Positions 19,356-29,429 of a DNA stretch of 64,000 nt are shown piece by piece (position 1 is the first letter of the stretch; each line of letters starts with the position of its first letter). Below the pieces are notes generated by a model. It worked only from the letters and a program-made list of their open reading frames with translations. It made no database searches and was not told the origin of the DNA. Source of the DNA: Promethearchaeota archaeon (GTDB lineage: Archaea > Asgardarchaeota > Lokiarchaeia > Sigyniarchaeales > SOKP01). The translations under genes were made by a program, and so were the position numbers. Location of the stretch: assembly GCA_019058245.1 (NCBI GenBank), contig JAHPZJ010000020.1:1-64000 (forward strand), read 5' to 3'.

Positions 19356-19724
19356 GAATTTAAATCATTACTATAATTACAAAGAAAGTGTAATTTATAT
19401 TGCTATATAATTATCTAGATAATAATACACATCTTAATTAATGCATTTATTGTATATTAAAATTTCCATCACTTTAGCTCCTGAATAAGGAGCCTATTAT
19501 TTTCATTTACTATTAGGAACAGCCTACCAACATAATTTGAAAAAAAGGTGCTCCCCGTTATAATATGTTTCTGTTTAATATAGAATTTGTTATAAAAAAA
19601 ACTATATATATTAATGAAAACTAACTAAATATACTCAAGATTTTAAATTTAACTTTTTAAATGAATAATTTAAATGAGGAGAGTATATCTTATCATATCT
19701 TTATAAGGCGGAGCTCTTTTAAAA

Positions 19725-20024
19725 ATGGATTTTTTTCATAGCAATCTTAAAGAAACACTTGATGCGATAAATAAATTAATAGATAATAATATCAACATTG
19801 TAAATACTAAAAGAATTAGACGGTGTAACAACATTAAATCTTCAAACCGATCTAAGATCAATTTCATTTGGAGAGCTTTAAAATATCTTGAAGAAGAAGG
19901 AATATTAACCCCAAATGGAATAACAAATCCTAAAACCTATAAAATAACGACTAATGAAAAGATTGATATTAATAAAATACTTTCCCAAATTGAGAAGAAT
20001 AAAAAAAAATCTATCTTAGTTTAG
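19725..20024 (+). CDS. Small basic winged-helix hypothetical protein
   Basis: KINFIWRALKYLEEEGIL...TYKI helix-wing pattern. Confidence 0.6.
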   Translation: MDFFHSNLKETLDAINKLIDNNINIVNTKRIRRCNNIKSSNRSKINFIWRALKYLEEEGILTPNGITNPKTYKITTNEKIDINKILSQIEKNKKKSILV

Positions 20025-22742
20025 ATGCAAATCTGTTAAATATTCATCTAATTTGATTTTAGATTCCTTATCATCTGGATTATTAACCAGCCGTTTTTGA
20101 TAAAATATTATGTTTGGATATTTCAATTCCATTTTATTAAAAATTTTTATCCATTTATTAAAGTTATCTAAAAGTACCAGAATTTCGGGATCTTCTTCTA
20201 AAGATAAAATTTCTTCTTTTTTTTCTTTTGAAAGGCCTGTTTTATATTTCTTTATACTAATTCCTTGATCTCTTAGCAGTCTATTATTAGTTTTTCTAAT
20301 AAATGCTTCTAAACTATTTCTCCAATTCACATGTTTTTCAATTATTTTATCTAAAATATCTTGAATGATTTTTATCTCTTGTGGAAAAATTGTCTCTTGT
20401 TCCTTAGTAAGGATTTTTTTTATTATCTTAAATTCAGTTTCAAGCTTCTGAATATAATTGTTAACCATCTTTTCAAATTCAAACAGAACAGTATTATAAT
20501 CTTTAGCAAAGATCACTTCATCACTAGAAAAAGTCAGAGTTTCTTCATCAAATGAACCTTTTAACCTTTTATTTTTTACCAATTCATCAAATATTTCCTT
20601 CATAAATTCAATCTCAGCTTGATTTAATTCCTTTCCATAAAACAAATCATGAAAAGAAAAGAGAAGACTATTTTCCAGCATCAAATTACGAATTCCACGT
20701 TCGGTATAAAAAAGAATTTCTCCATCAATTTCATTAAAAATTCCCTTTAATTTTCCGTCTGCTATTAAGTCTTGAATTAATCCCTCAACTAAATTTGAAG
20801 TGATATCATAGTTTCCTAATGATATATATTCATTAGATTTGGATTTATCAATCAACATATATTTTATATCATTCTTAGCCTCTTCTATTTTCTGTGGATG
20901 AAAAATTAATTGATCCACCTTTTTGAAATAAGAAATACCTAATCCATCAATAAATTTCAGAAAACCTTCTGGTTCCATTCCAGTTTTTTCAATATAATCA
21001 TTAATGTTAATTTTATCTTTTAGTTTTATTTCTGCCCCGATTGATTGTAAGTTTTCATCAATTTTAGTTAAAATATGTTTTTTATCAATATTTAGTTCCA
21101 TTGATATTTTGTTAATTTGCTTTATTTTTTTCTCTTCATCAGAAATCGTTGAGAGCTCATTAATTTTATCATTAATATATTTAGAATAGTAAAAAATCTC
21201 TTTCTTATTATTCCAAATACCACTTCTATAATCGACTAATTGATCAAATACGTCTAAAAGTAAAAGTTCTCCAATATTTAACTTTTCTGATATTGTGGAA
21301 ATGTCAAAATAACCAATAATTTTTGAATTTTGGACTTCATTTTTTATTTTTTGAGATCCTAGATTGGTTAACCATTGTGTACCTTTACGAAAATTTGATA
21401 AATATTCTCTTGGTAAATTTTTTATTATTCTTATGAAATCTTCATCATTTAAAATTTGACGATATGACTTTAAATCTACAATACTTTCCTTAGCTGCTTC
21501 TAAATTAATTTGATTTTGAATATTTTTTAATGAAATGATTGTTTCTTGATCTACACATCTTAGGAATACATCCTTCATAGATTTTGAGATATTTTTAATT
21601 ATTTTATTAATGGATTCTTGAGGTAGGAAGTTGAATTTGCCTAAATTGATAGAACCATTTAGTTGTAATTCTTCCATAAATTGTGAATTAAGGTAGCTAT
21701 ATGAATAAAAGAATCCAATATTAGAATAATATCCATTAATGATTTTTAATTGGATTAAAGTTTTTATAAATAATTTTAACTCTGAATCATTCTCAATAAC
21801 TTGAGAAAATGTAGAATATATTTTTTCATCCGATATTTTCTTATCTCGTTCAAAAAAAGTTTTTAATTTGTCTTTTTCTAGTTCATATACATAAGTTGCC
21901 TTTTCTCTTGTTATTATATAAAAATATACTTTTTTTTCCTTTATAGGAGATTTAGAAATTTTTTTAACATATTCTTTAATACTTATCCCTAATTCCTTTG
22001 AGATTGATGTAAAATTATGTTTTTTCATCAAAAAGTAGTTATTTAATAACTTTTTTATGTCCTTGGTTTCATGGTTTTCTAAATCGATATCCTTATATAA
22101 TGGAAAAAACTTTTTCAACAGTTCAATTAATTTTATATAAATTTTTGATGTTTTTTTGTCTTCAAATGAAGTAATTAAGGATTCGGAAATGAACCTAAAA
22201 TTGTATAATTGATCAAATTCTAAATCATTACAAAAATCAAGAAAATTTAACAATGAAAGGATATTTTCATATTTACTTTCTGTTAGTAGACTTTTTAGAA
22301 TAATATCTAAATTAGAGTTTACCAGATTTGGATTTTTTTTAAATAACTCCTGTAAAAAGAAATGTACATTATTTCTAGTATCTTCAGATTTATCTTGAAG
22401 AAATTTAATAAATTCATGAAAATAATTATCAAAATATTTTGAATTAGCAAGCATCGCAAATCCAATAACGATGATTGAATTAATTTTTAACTTTTTCTTT
22501 TCTGAATGAAGAAAAACCTCAATTTTTTGTATTAATGATTCAGGAATAATTTCTATTTTATTTTCTGCTAGAATTGACATAATATATGTAATTGGGATTG
22601 AATAATTATTATCCTCCAATAAGGTTTCTAACTCATTCATTACTTTTGAGATTTTTTGGACTTTATTTTTGTTTAAATGTTTATTCAGTTTTTCTACTTT
22701 ATCAAGGATCAAATTATCCTTAAAATCTTGAAGATTAAACAT
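20016..22742 (-). CDS. HEAT-repeat plus tandem winged-helix (UFL1/PCI-like) protein
   Basis: N-terminal HEAT-like repeats, then repeated units such as IINGYYSNIGFFYSYSYL..EELQLNGSINL, LIADGKLKGIF and LVKNKRLKGSFD. Confidence 0.6.
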   Translation of the reverse strand: MFNLQDFKDNLILDKVEKLNKHLNKNKVQKISKVMNELETLLEDNNYSIPITYIMSILAENKIEIIPESLIQKIEVFLHSEKKKLKINSIIVIGFAMLANSKYFDNYFHEFIKFLQDKSEDTRNNVHFFLQELFKKNPNLVNSNLDIILKSLLTESKYENILSLLNFLDFCNDLEFDQLYNFRFISESLITSFEDKKTSKIYIKLIELLKKFFPLYKDIDLENHETKDIKKLLNNYFLMKKHNFTSISKELGISIKEYVKKISKSPIKEKKVYFYIITREKATYVYELEKDKLKTFFERDKKISDEKIYSTFSQVIENDSELKLFIKTLIQLKIINGYYSNIGFFYSYSYLNSQFMEELQLNGSINLGKFNFLPQESINKIIKNISKSMKDVFLRCVDQETIISLKNIQNQINLEAAKESIVDLKSYRQILNDEDFIRIIKNLPREYLSNFRKGTQWLTNLGSQKIKNEVQNSKIIGYFDISTISEKLNIGELLLLDVFDQLVDYRSGIWNNKKEIFYYSKYINDKINELSTISDEEKKIKQINKISMELNIDKKHILTKIDENLQSIGAEIKLKDKININDYIEKTGMEPEGFLKFIDGLGISYFKKVDQLIFHPQKIEEAKNDIKYMLIDKSKSNEYISLGNYDITSNLVEGLIQDLIADGKLKGIFNEIDGEILFYTERGIRNLMLENSLLFSFHDLFYGKELNQAEIEFMKEIFDELVKNKRLKGSFDEETLTFSSDEVIFAKDYNTVLFEFEKMVNNYIQKLETEFKIIKKILTKEQETIFPQEIKIIQDILDKIIEKHVNWRNSLEAFIRKTNNRLLRDQGISIKKYKTGLSKEKKEEILSLEEDPEILVLLDNFNKWIKIFNKMELKYPNIIFYQKRLVNNPDDKESKIKLDEYLTDLHLN

Positions 22743-22761
22743 CGCTTAAGTAAAAGAGGTT

Positions 22762-23487
22762 TTAATCCAATAAGAATTTTTTGAATTCTTTAATTTCTAA
22801 AATCTTTTTAATATCTTGAAGCAGTAATGTTGGACCAGAATTTTCTAATCCTTTATTTGTCCCATGACCTGAAAGTAAAGCAATACTCTTAATCTGAGCA
22901 TTCTTAGCGCACTCAATATCAGCTGGGAGATCACCAACATAATATACATTTTTTTTATTTATTGAATAATTATGGTTTTTCTTAATTTTGTTTAAAGCTA
23001 TCATTATAGGATATGGACTAGGTTTTCTAAAAGGTGTATCATCACGCGAAACATAAAGAGAAAAATATTTATTTAAATTTAATTTCTGACGAAAGAGATC
23101 TAATCTTCTCTTACTAGTATTAGATACTATTCCTAAGATAAAATTATTCTTTTTAAGCTTGATTAGCACTTCCTTTAAATTAGGTTTTAGACTTTCATAC
23201 TTCTCATATTTGGGATACATACGTCTAAATTTAAAAAAAAACATGTTTCTCCTTAAAATACTTGGAATAATATGTTGAAATACCTTATTAATTCTATAAA
23301 AAGCCACCAATTTATTTTTTGAATCTGATTCTTCAAAAAGCCTTGCCAAATCAATAAGTCTTAAATTTTTTGTATTTTGCCACTTATAAAATTTCTTTCT
23401 TAAATAATGCAATGCTGTATATTCAAGAGATTTCTGAGTAATAATTACACCATCAAAATCAAAAAGAATTATTGGTGGAAATGTCAT
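22762..23487 (-). CDS. HAD-superfamily phosphatase (Gph-like)
   Basis: FDFDG, VSN, KPSP, YVGDLPAD. Confidence 0.88.
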   Translation of the reverse strand: MTFPPIILFDFDGVIITQKSLEYTALHYLRKKFYKWQNTKNLRLIDLARLFEESDSKNKLVAFYRINKVFQHIIPSILRRNMFFFKFRRMYPKYEKYESLKPNLKEVLIKLKKNNFILGIVSNTSKRRLDLFRQKLNLNKYFSLYVSRDDTPFRKPSPYPIMIALNKIKKNHNYSINKKNVYYVGDLPADIECAKNAQIKSIALLSGHGTNKGLENSGPTLLLQDIKKILEIKEFKKFLLD

Positions 23488-23587
23488 AAGTGTGTTAAAA
23501 AGTACACTTTTACACTTAAATTTATCTTTATAGAAATACTTCCAAAAGAATAAAAATTAAAAAAAAATAAAAAAATTACTTCATATT

Positions 23588-24250
23588 TTAAGAGTCTATT
23601 TCGTCTGGCTCTACACTAACATGGGAGAGTAACCAATCAAGTTGTTTTTCCTTTTTATTGATATTAAGCACTGTATTAAGGATCATGACTTCATCAGCTT
23701 TTCCTGGCATTATTGTAAGGCTCCCAGCGCGTAGCATAAAGAATTCAAATACATCAGGAATCTCTTTTCTGAATCGTAAGCTTTTTACTGGAAATCTCTC
23801 AGCTGAGCTAAAGATCCCAGTTTTATGGAAAATCTCATTCATTTCGATTTTATAATATTCAAATCTAGTACTAATTACTACAATTCCTAATATTAAAAAC
23901 AAGATTAGTGTCATAACCATATAAAATTCCCATGGTAAAGCTAAATCAATACTTATTCCTGTAAGATCTACAGTGTAATTTGGTAGAACCAAGAAAACAA
24001 GAAGCAGAATGACAATAACAATAGCTAATATTAGTACAAAGAATTTAGTAGAGGAGAAATCAAAAGCAGTAACAAATATATTCACAAAGAAAACTATGAA
24101 CCAGATATACCCCAGTACATTACTAGGGTCAATAAATGCTTGGATCAGCCATAAAACGAAACTTGTTATCAGTAAAGGCCAAAAGAAAATTATTTTAGGA
24201 TAACTTCTTATGAATATCTCATTTGGATAGTTAGGTTTTTTTTCAGACAT
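23588..24250 (-). CDS. Membrane protein with C-terminal bacterial-PH-like domain
   Basis: 4 TM, then YKIEMNEIFHKTGIFS...GSLTI beta-rich region. Confidence 0.55.
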   Translation of the reverse strand: MSEKKPNYPNEIFIRSYPKIIFFWPLLITSFVLWLIQAFIDPSNVLGYIWFIVFFVNIFVTAFDFSSTKFFVLILAIVIVILLLVFLVLPNYTVDLTGISIDLALPWEFYMVMTLILFLILGIVVISTRFEYYKIEMNEIFHKTGIFSSAERFPVKSLRFRKEIPDVFEFFMLRAGSLTIMPGKADEVMILNTVLNINKKEKQLDWLLSHVSVEPDEIDS

Positions 24251-24506
24251 AAGTTTTCACATTTATAGAATTTTTATTTAAATAGGATTATAAAAATAAT
24301 AGATAGATGTGTTATTTAAATATTAGTGTCTTATCGATTACCTTAAAAATTAAATGTTATGGTTATATCTTTATGTGATTTAAAGTTTTTTTTAGAAGAA
24401 AAAACTATTTAATAAATAAATTTTATATATCCACCTTTTTTTAAAATTTTTAAGAATATTCTTAATTTTATAGTTAGTTCGTATTAATATATCTAAAGCG
24501 ATTCAT

Positions 24507-24665
24507 TTGAAAAAAGTAAAAGGAGCGATATTAATAACGGTTATAAAAGGAATTGGGACCGAATTTATTGAATTATGTCTTGATAAAAAAGTAGATTGTG
24601 TATATCTAGATAGATTATGGAAAGGAGAAGGTTGGACTAAAGTGAGATATTCATGGGCTTCATGA
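24507..24665 (+). pseudogene. 52-aa ORF, probable internally deleted gene
   Basis: TTG start; MKKVKGAILITVIKGIGTEFIELCLDKKVDCVYLDRLWKGEGWTKVRYSWAS*. The ends resemble the N- and C-termini of V4R/DUF2378-like proteins. Confidence 0.45.
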
Positions 24666-24691
24666 ATTATATTAATGTTAGCGAATGGAAT

Positions 24692-25441
24692 TTAGTAAAA
24701 TGAACTCATGGATTTTATCATTCTATAAGACAAAGCTACTTGTTGATTACCTTTATCACTGATCCCCATATGACCAGGAAGTAAATACTTTACATCTAAA
24801 TCATTTACTTTTTCAATTGAATTAATTAATGTACTTAAAGATCCACCAGGAAAATCATATCTTCCAAAATTTCCACCAGTGAATACAAGATCTCCTGGAA
24901 TTAAAATCTTCTTATTTGAGTCATAATAACAAATTGACCCCAATGAATGACCTGGTGTATAAAGGATTTGAAATGTGAATTCAGATGTAATTTCAATTTC
25001 TTTTGAATTATTAAGATCATTTACATTCAAAGGGAAAATTTCAATTCCAAATAAATCAAGATTTATACCCAAGATATCTGGACAGATTTGAGACTTATTA
25101 CCTGCTTTTAGTATTTTAGCTGTTTCTCCGTAAGCATAAATTTCAGGAGGCTTATTTTTTAATGCTTTTAATAATGGATATAAACCTAAAACATGATCTA
25201 TATGTTCGTGAGTTAAAAACACTTTCGTAATATTCTGATAATCAAGGTTAAATTTTTCCATACCTTTAAATAAACCATTAATGGAAAGACCATTGCCTGT
25301 GTCGAATAACGCAAGTTTATGATTAATGGAATCTTTAATAATATATTGGTTGCAATCTAACATTTGATTTTCAGCAAAATAATAAAGGTTTTTAATCACT
25401 TCTTTACACTTCTTTTCAGATTCTCTACTAGAAAAAAACAT
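24692..25441 (-). CDS. Metallo-beta-lactamase-fold hydrolase
   Basis: THEHIDH, TPGHS, GDLVF, PGH. Confidence 0.9.
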   Translation of the reverse strand: MFFSSRESEKKCKEVIKNLYYFAENQMLDCNQYIIKDSINHKLALFDTGNGLSINGLFKGMEKFNLDYQNITKVFLTHEHIDHVLGLYPLLKALKNKPPEIYAYGETAKILKAGNKSQICPDILGINLDLFGIEIFPLNVNDLNNSKEIEITSEFTFQILYTPGHSLGSICYYDSNKKILIPGDLVFTGGNFGRYDFPGGSLSTLINSIEKVNDLDVKYLLPGHMGISDKGNQQVALSYRMIKSMSSFY

Positions 25442-25550
25442 AATGGATATTTAGGTTAAAATTTTAAAAAGATAAAATAAGCTTAATTTTAATGTTTTTC
25501 TTTTCTATACTATAAAATTATTAAAAAAATTAAAAATAAATTATAATATT

Positions 25551-25931
25551 ATGAAAAATCAACCCAATATTGAAGGATTAAAATCGAAAATAAAATTTGG
25601 AATAAAATTTTGGCTAGAATTTGAAGGTAAGAGTATATTGGGTTCAGGTTGGGCAGAGTTACTAAAGAATATTGAAAAGAATGAAGAAGGTTCATTAACT
25701 CAGGCAGCAAAGGAGTGTAGTTATTCCTATAAATATGCATGGAATATTTTAAAGAGAATTGAGAGAAGAACTGGTAATCCAATAGTAATAACTGGTAAAG
25801 GAGGTAGTGGGGGAGGTGGCTGGGTAAAATTAAATGAATGGGGGAAGTTTCTATTAAATGTCTATCAACAATATCTAGAAGAAATCAAAAAAATTGAAAA
25901 ATCACTTTCAGAAAAGATGATAAACATCTAA
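25551..25931 (+). CDS. ModE-like winged-helix regulator (no TOBE domain)
   Basis: GSLTQAAKECSYSYKYAWNIL...GKGGSGGGGWVKL. Confidence 0.85.
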   Translation: MKNQPNIEGLKSKIKFGIKFWLEFEGKSILGSGWAELLKNIEKNEEGSLTQAAKECSYSYKYAWNILKRIERRTGNPIVITGKGGSGGGGWVKLNEWGKFLLNVYQQYLEEIKKIEKSLSEKMINI

Positions 25932-26022
25932 TAAATACATTTTAATTTCAATACTGATTATTTTCAGTAAGGAAATTAGAAAGTATGTCTATTTAAAATG
26001 CTTTAGAGGAAAGATTCAAAAT

Positions 26023-26448
26023 ATGGAAGACCGCTTAAAAGAGTTTAGTGAAATAAAAGTATCAAGTATTATGATAAATGATCCACTTTTTACATATCCA
26101 AACGAAAAAATCAGTGCTACTGAGCTTCTTATGATAAGGAAAAATATTAGTGGCCTTCCTGTGGTTAAAGATCGGAATAATAAGCAATTAATTGGAATCA
26201 TCACTCAAAGAGATATACGATTAGCTAGATTTGCGATGAGTCTTGATTCTCCCAATACATTAGTTAAGGATTTAATGACTTTGGATCCATTTGTTGTTAG
26301 AAAAAATGATACTCTAATGTATATAATAGAGATGATGTTTGGGAAAAAAATACAAAGATTACCTGTTGTAAATGAAAATAATGAATTAATTGGTTTGGTT
26401 ATGCAAAATGAGATAATGCAAAAACTTCTTGAATATATGAAAAAATAA
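26023..26448 (+). CDS. Stand-alone CBS-pair protein
   Basis: ISGLPVV..LIGIITQRDI and IQRLPVV..LIGLV. Confidence 0.9.
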   Translation: MEDRLKEFSEIKVSSIMINDPLFTYPNEKISATELLMIRKNISGLPVVKDRNNKQLIGIITQRDIRLARFAMSLDSPNTLVKDLMTLDPFVVRKNDTLMYIIEMMFGKKIQRLPVVNENNELIGLVMQNEIMQKLLEYMKK

Positions 26449-26550
26449 GTGAAAATTTTAAATGAATTAAGTTTACTAAGAAAATATAAAAAATATAAAT
26501 TTTGGATTATTAATAAGATAAATATTACAAATCTAAATTATTGAAAAAAA

Positions 26551-28074
26551 ATGGCACTACCCCTACCTGGAACCCCAATTATCATTGATATTGGCTCAGC
26601 ATATGTAAAAATTGGATTTTCTGGAGAACCAAGTCCTAGATATGTTTTTCCTTGCATCACTGGGACAGAAAAATATAAATCTATAATGGTTGATGTGAGT
26701 GCTCGAAGCATCTACGTAGGTAATGACGTATCTCGAATGCGTGGTGTACTTAAAATAAACCATCCATTAAGTCGTGGTGAAATTATGGACTGGGATAGTT
26801 ATTATGAGATCTTAAATTATATTTTCTATTCATTGCTTAGAATTGATAACCTTTCCCAGTATCCTGTATTCTATTGTGAACCTCCTTTTATGCTTAAAGA
26901 TACTAAAGAGTATATAGGGCGTGTATTTTTTGAAACTCATCGAGTTGGGAGTTTGGTGATGATGTCAACACCATTACTTTCTTTATTTAGCGTTGGATTG
27001 ACGACAGGATTAGTTATTGAAAGTGGAGAAGGAATGACTTGGATAGTCCCAATAATTAATGGGCAAATTGTTCAGCATGCGGTTCAGAAAATTCCAATTG
27101 CAGGAATTGATGTGAATCAAAACTTGAAAGGTCTCTTAATGAGAGAAGGAGTAAGTATTTCTTCTAGTGCTGCAGATGAAATAATCCAAGAGATAAAAGA
27201 AAAAAACTGTTATTTTGCCTTGGATCCAAATATACCTCCCAAAGCGGGAGAAATGTTTAGTGTTCCTATGCCTGACGGAACAAAAATAAATGTTCCTACT
27301 TATATTCTTTATCAAGCTCCAGAAGTTTTATTTAATCCAGGTATGTTAGGTTCTGGAAATATAATGAATATCCCTCAAGCTGTTATAGCGAGTTTGCGTG
27401 TAATTGATAATAATTATTGGCATGAATTGCTTTCACATATAGTTTTTGCCGGAGGAAATCTATCTTACAGTGGTTTTCAAGAACGGTTCGAGTCTGAATT
27501 AGATCCTCTCTTACCTCAATTAGGTCCAATTCCTAAACCAGTAGCCCCGCTCTCTGCAGTTAAGAGTGAACTAATTAAACTTCAAAGTGTTGAAATCTCT
27601 AAAAAGAATGAAGACACATGTCCAAAATGTGGTGCATTTATTAATCTTGATGATGGGAAAAAAGTATGTCCCTCCTGTGGTGAATTATTAATTTTACCAG
27701 AAATAAAAATAGGAACATTAAATACAAATGGACAAAAAAAAGTAGAAGAAGGTAAATGTCCATATTGCAAAAAAGAACTTCCTGATATGGATTCGCTTTT
27801 TTGTCCATATTGTGGAAAACCAATTGAATCTCTAAAACAAACGATATTACCAGAAAAAGAAATAGAGAAAACAGCAGCACAAGAATTTTCAGAATTTATG
27901 GAATCTGCTAATAAAGTACTAAAATTTTTTGTTCCTGACAATCTTCAGTATGCTGCTTTTAATGGTGCAGCAATACTAGGAAGTTTACCTTCATTCCAGC
28001 AACTTTTTATAACACATGACCAGTTTATAACGAATCCTAATCTTTTATATCGAGATATAAGTGAAATCCTTTAG
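26551..28074 (+). CDS. Divergent actin/ARP-family protein with inserted zinc ribbons
   Basis: IIDIGSAYVKIGFSG, CEPP, TTGLVIESGEG, IKEKNCY, PDG, APEVLFNP, IVFAGG, AAFNGAAILGSL; four CxxC in the insertion. Confidence 0.93.
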   Translation: MALPLPGTPIIIDIGSAYVKIGFSGEPSPRYVFPCITGTEKYKSIMVDVSARSIYVGNDVSRMRGVLKINHPLSRGEIMDWDSYYEILNYIFYSLLRIDNLSQYPVFYCEPPFMLKDTKEYIGRVFFETHRVGSLVMMSTPLLSLFSVGLTTGLVIESGEGMTWIVPIINGQIVQHAVQKIPIAGIDVNQNLKGLLMREGVSISSSAADEIIQEIKEKNCYFALDPNIPPKAGEMFSVPMPDGTKINVPTYILYQAPEVLFNPGMLGSGNIMNIPQAVIASLRVIDNNYWHELLSHIVFAGGNLSYSGFQERFESELDPLLPQLGPIPKPVAPLSAVKSELIKLQSVEISKKNEDTCPKCGAFINLDDGKKVCPSCGELLILPEIKIGTLNTNGQKKVEEGKCPYCKKELPDMDSLFCPYCGKPIESLKQTILPEKEIEKTAAQEFSEFMESANKVLKFFVPDNLQYAAFNGAAILGSLPSFQQLFITHDQFITNPNLLYRDISEIL

Positions 28075-28231
28075 TTAAACAACAAAAAACTCTTAGTCTT
28101 TAAATAATTTCAAGACTAAATTATAAAAAATTGAAAATATACTTTATTTAGATTGAACATATAGTTAATTTTTAATTTCAAGATAGATTTAAACAATTAA
28201 AATTTAACATTTCAGATTTAGGTATCATTAA

Positions 28232-29329
28232 ATGAAGTATAAATATCGGAATATAATTACCGTATTTTTTTTATTATTAATAACTTTGAATTTAGTTCCG
28301 AGTGTACTAGGAAAGACACGTGGATCTTATTTAGTTAGTTTTATTAAAAATAATGAAATTGAAGGTATTGGCTTTACTAACGCAAATGATGGTAATGCTT
28401 TGATTTCTTATGAAGCAACAGCACATGCGTTAGAGATATTAGATGATTATGGAACTAATCCCCATAAAATTGACACTCTCCAAGATAATCTTGAAGATAA
28501 AATAAGAGATATGTTTAGTATAAATCAAGTTAATTTATTTGATTTATATTGTTTAATGAAATCATTAGATATCTTAGAACATGAAATTGATTTTAATTTA
28601 AGAAGTGAGATTTATAAGTATTTAAATGAAACTGAACAAATTGAGGGTGGATTTTCTTTCTCAAACAGCTCTAGCATAGCAAGTTTAACTTCTACATATT
28701 ATGTTATTCAACTATATTCATTAATCAATGAACCTATTGATAATCTTACAGTTCATAAAAATTGGATTCTATCTTGTTATAATACAGATGGAGGATATGG
28801 AGGAAATCAAAGCCTATCTTCTAATTTGCTCAATACTTATTTTGTAGTTTCACTATTAGATGAATTTTGGAACATTACTAATCTAGTTGACATCAACCAA
28901 ACAATATCCTATATAAAATCGTTTTATGTTAATAATTCAGCAGATATTGATAATTACGGAGGATATTTACCAGATGATTCAACACAATATGCGATGTTAA
29001 GTAGTTCGTATTTTTGTGTGAAATCACTGTCTTTAATAGATCCTGGCGAAATAAATAAGGATTCAACAATTTCATGGTTATTAACACTTCAAAATTTTGA
29101 AGACGGGGGATTTTCAGATAATACTGAAGGTGATAATCAAAAGAAATCATCAGTAATAGCTTCATATTTTGCTTTTAAAATCCTAAAAATACTGAATCCT
29201 TCCCTCTCTAGTTTAAGTAATGATATATGGATGGTGGAGTTTAATTATTGGATTTTAGTTATAATTCTCATATGTATAGTAGTTGTTATTGGTATAATAG
29301 TATTCATCTGGCGAAAAAAAAGATTATAA
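28232..29329 (+). CDS. Surface-anchored prenyltransferase/squalene-cyclase repeat (alpha/alpha barrel) protein
   Basis: Signal peptide; repeats EQIEGGFS, YNTDGGYG, QNFEDGGFS; many N-x-S/T sequons; C-terminal TM plus RKKRL. Confidence 0.8.
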   Translation: MKYKYRNIITVFFLLLITLNLVPSVLGKTRGSYLVSFIKNNEIEGIGFTNANDGNALISYEATAHALEILDDYGTNPHKIDTLQDNLEDKIRDMFSINQVNLFDLYCLMKSLDILEHEIDFNLRSEIYKYLNETEQIEGGFSFSNSSSIASLTSTYYVIQLYSLINEPIDNLTVHKNWILSCYNTDGGYGGNQSLSSNLLNTYFVVSLLDEFWNITNLVDINQTISYIKSFYVNNSADIDNYGGYLPDDSTQYAMLSSSYFCVKSLSLIDPGEINKDSTISWLLTLQNFEDGGFSDNTEGDNQKKSSVIASYFAFKILKILNPSLSSLSNDIWMVEFNYWILVIILICIVVVIGIIVFIWRKKRL

Positions 29330-29429
29330 AGCTATTCTATTCTTAATTATTATTATATTGATTTAAGTATTTGATATCAATAATATATCTAATTTCTATA
29401 TTATTATCAAATAAATCATAAAGATAATT

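Noticed and set aside
19477-19493. Hairpin GCTCCT-GAATA-AGGAGC downstream of purH
   Set aside because: A single 6-bp stem is expected by chance and has no supporting context.
28232-29329. Prenyltransferase-beta-like protein as the enzyme modifying the CaaX GTPase
   Set aside because: Predicted extracellular topology, no DxCY/His Zn ligands and no alpha subunit nearby.
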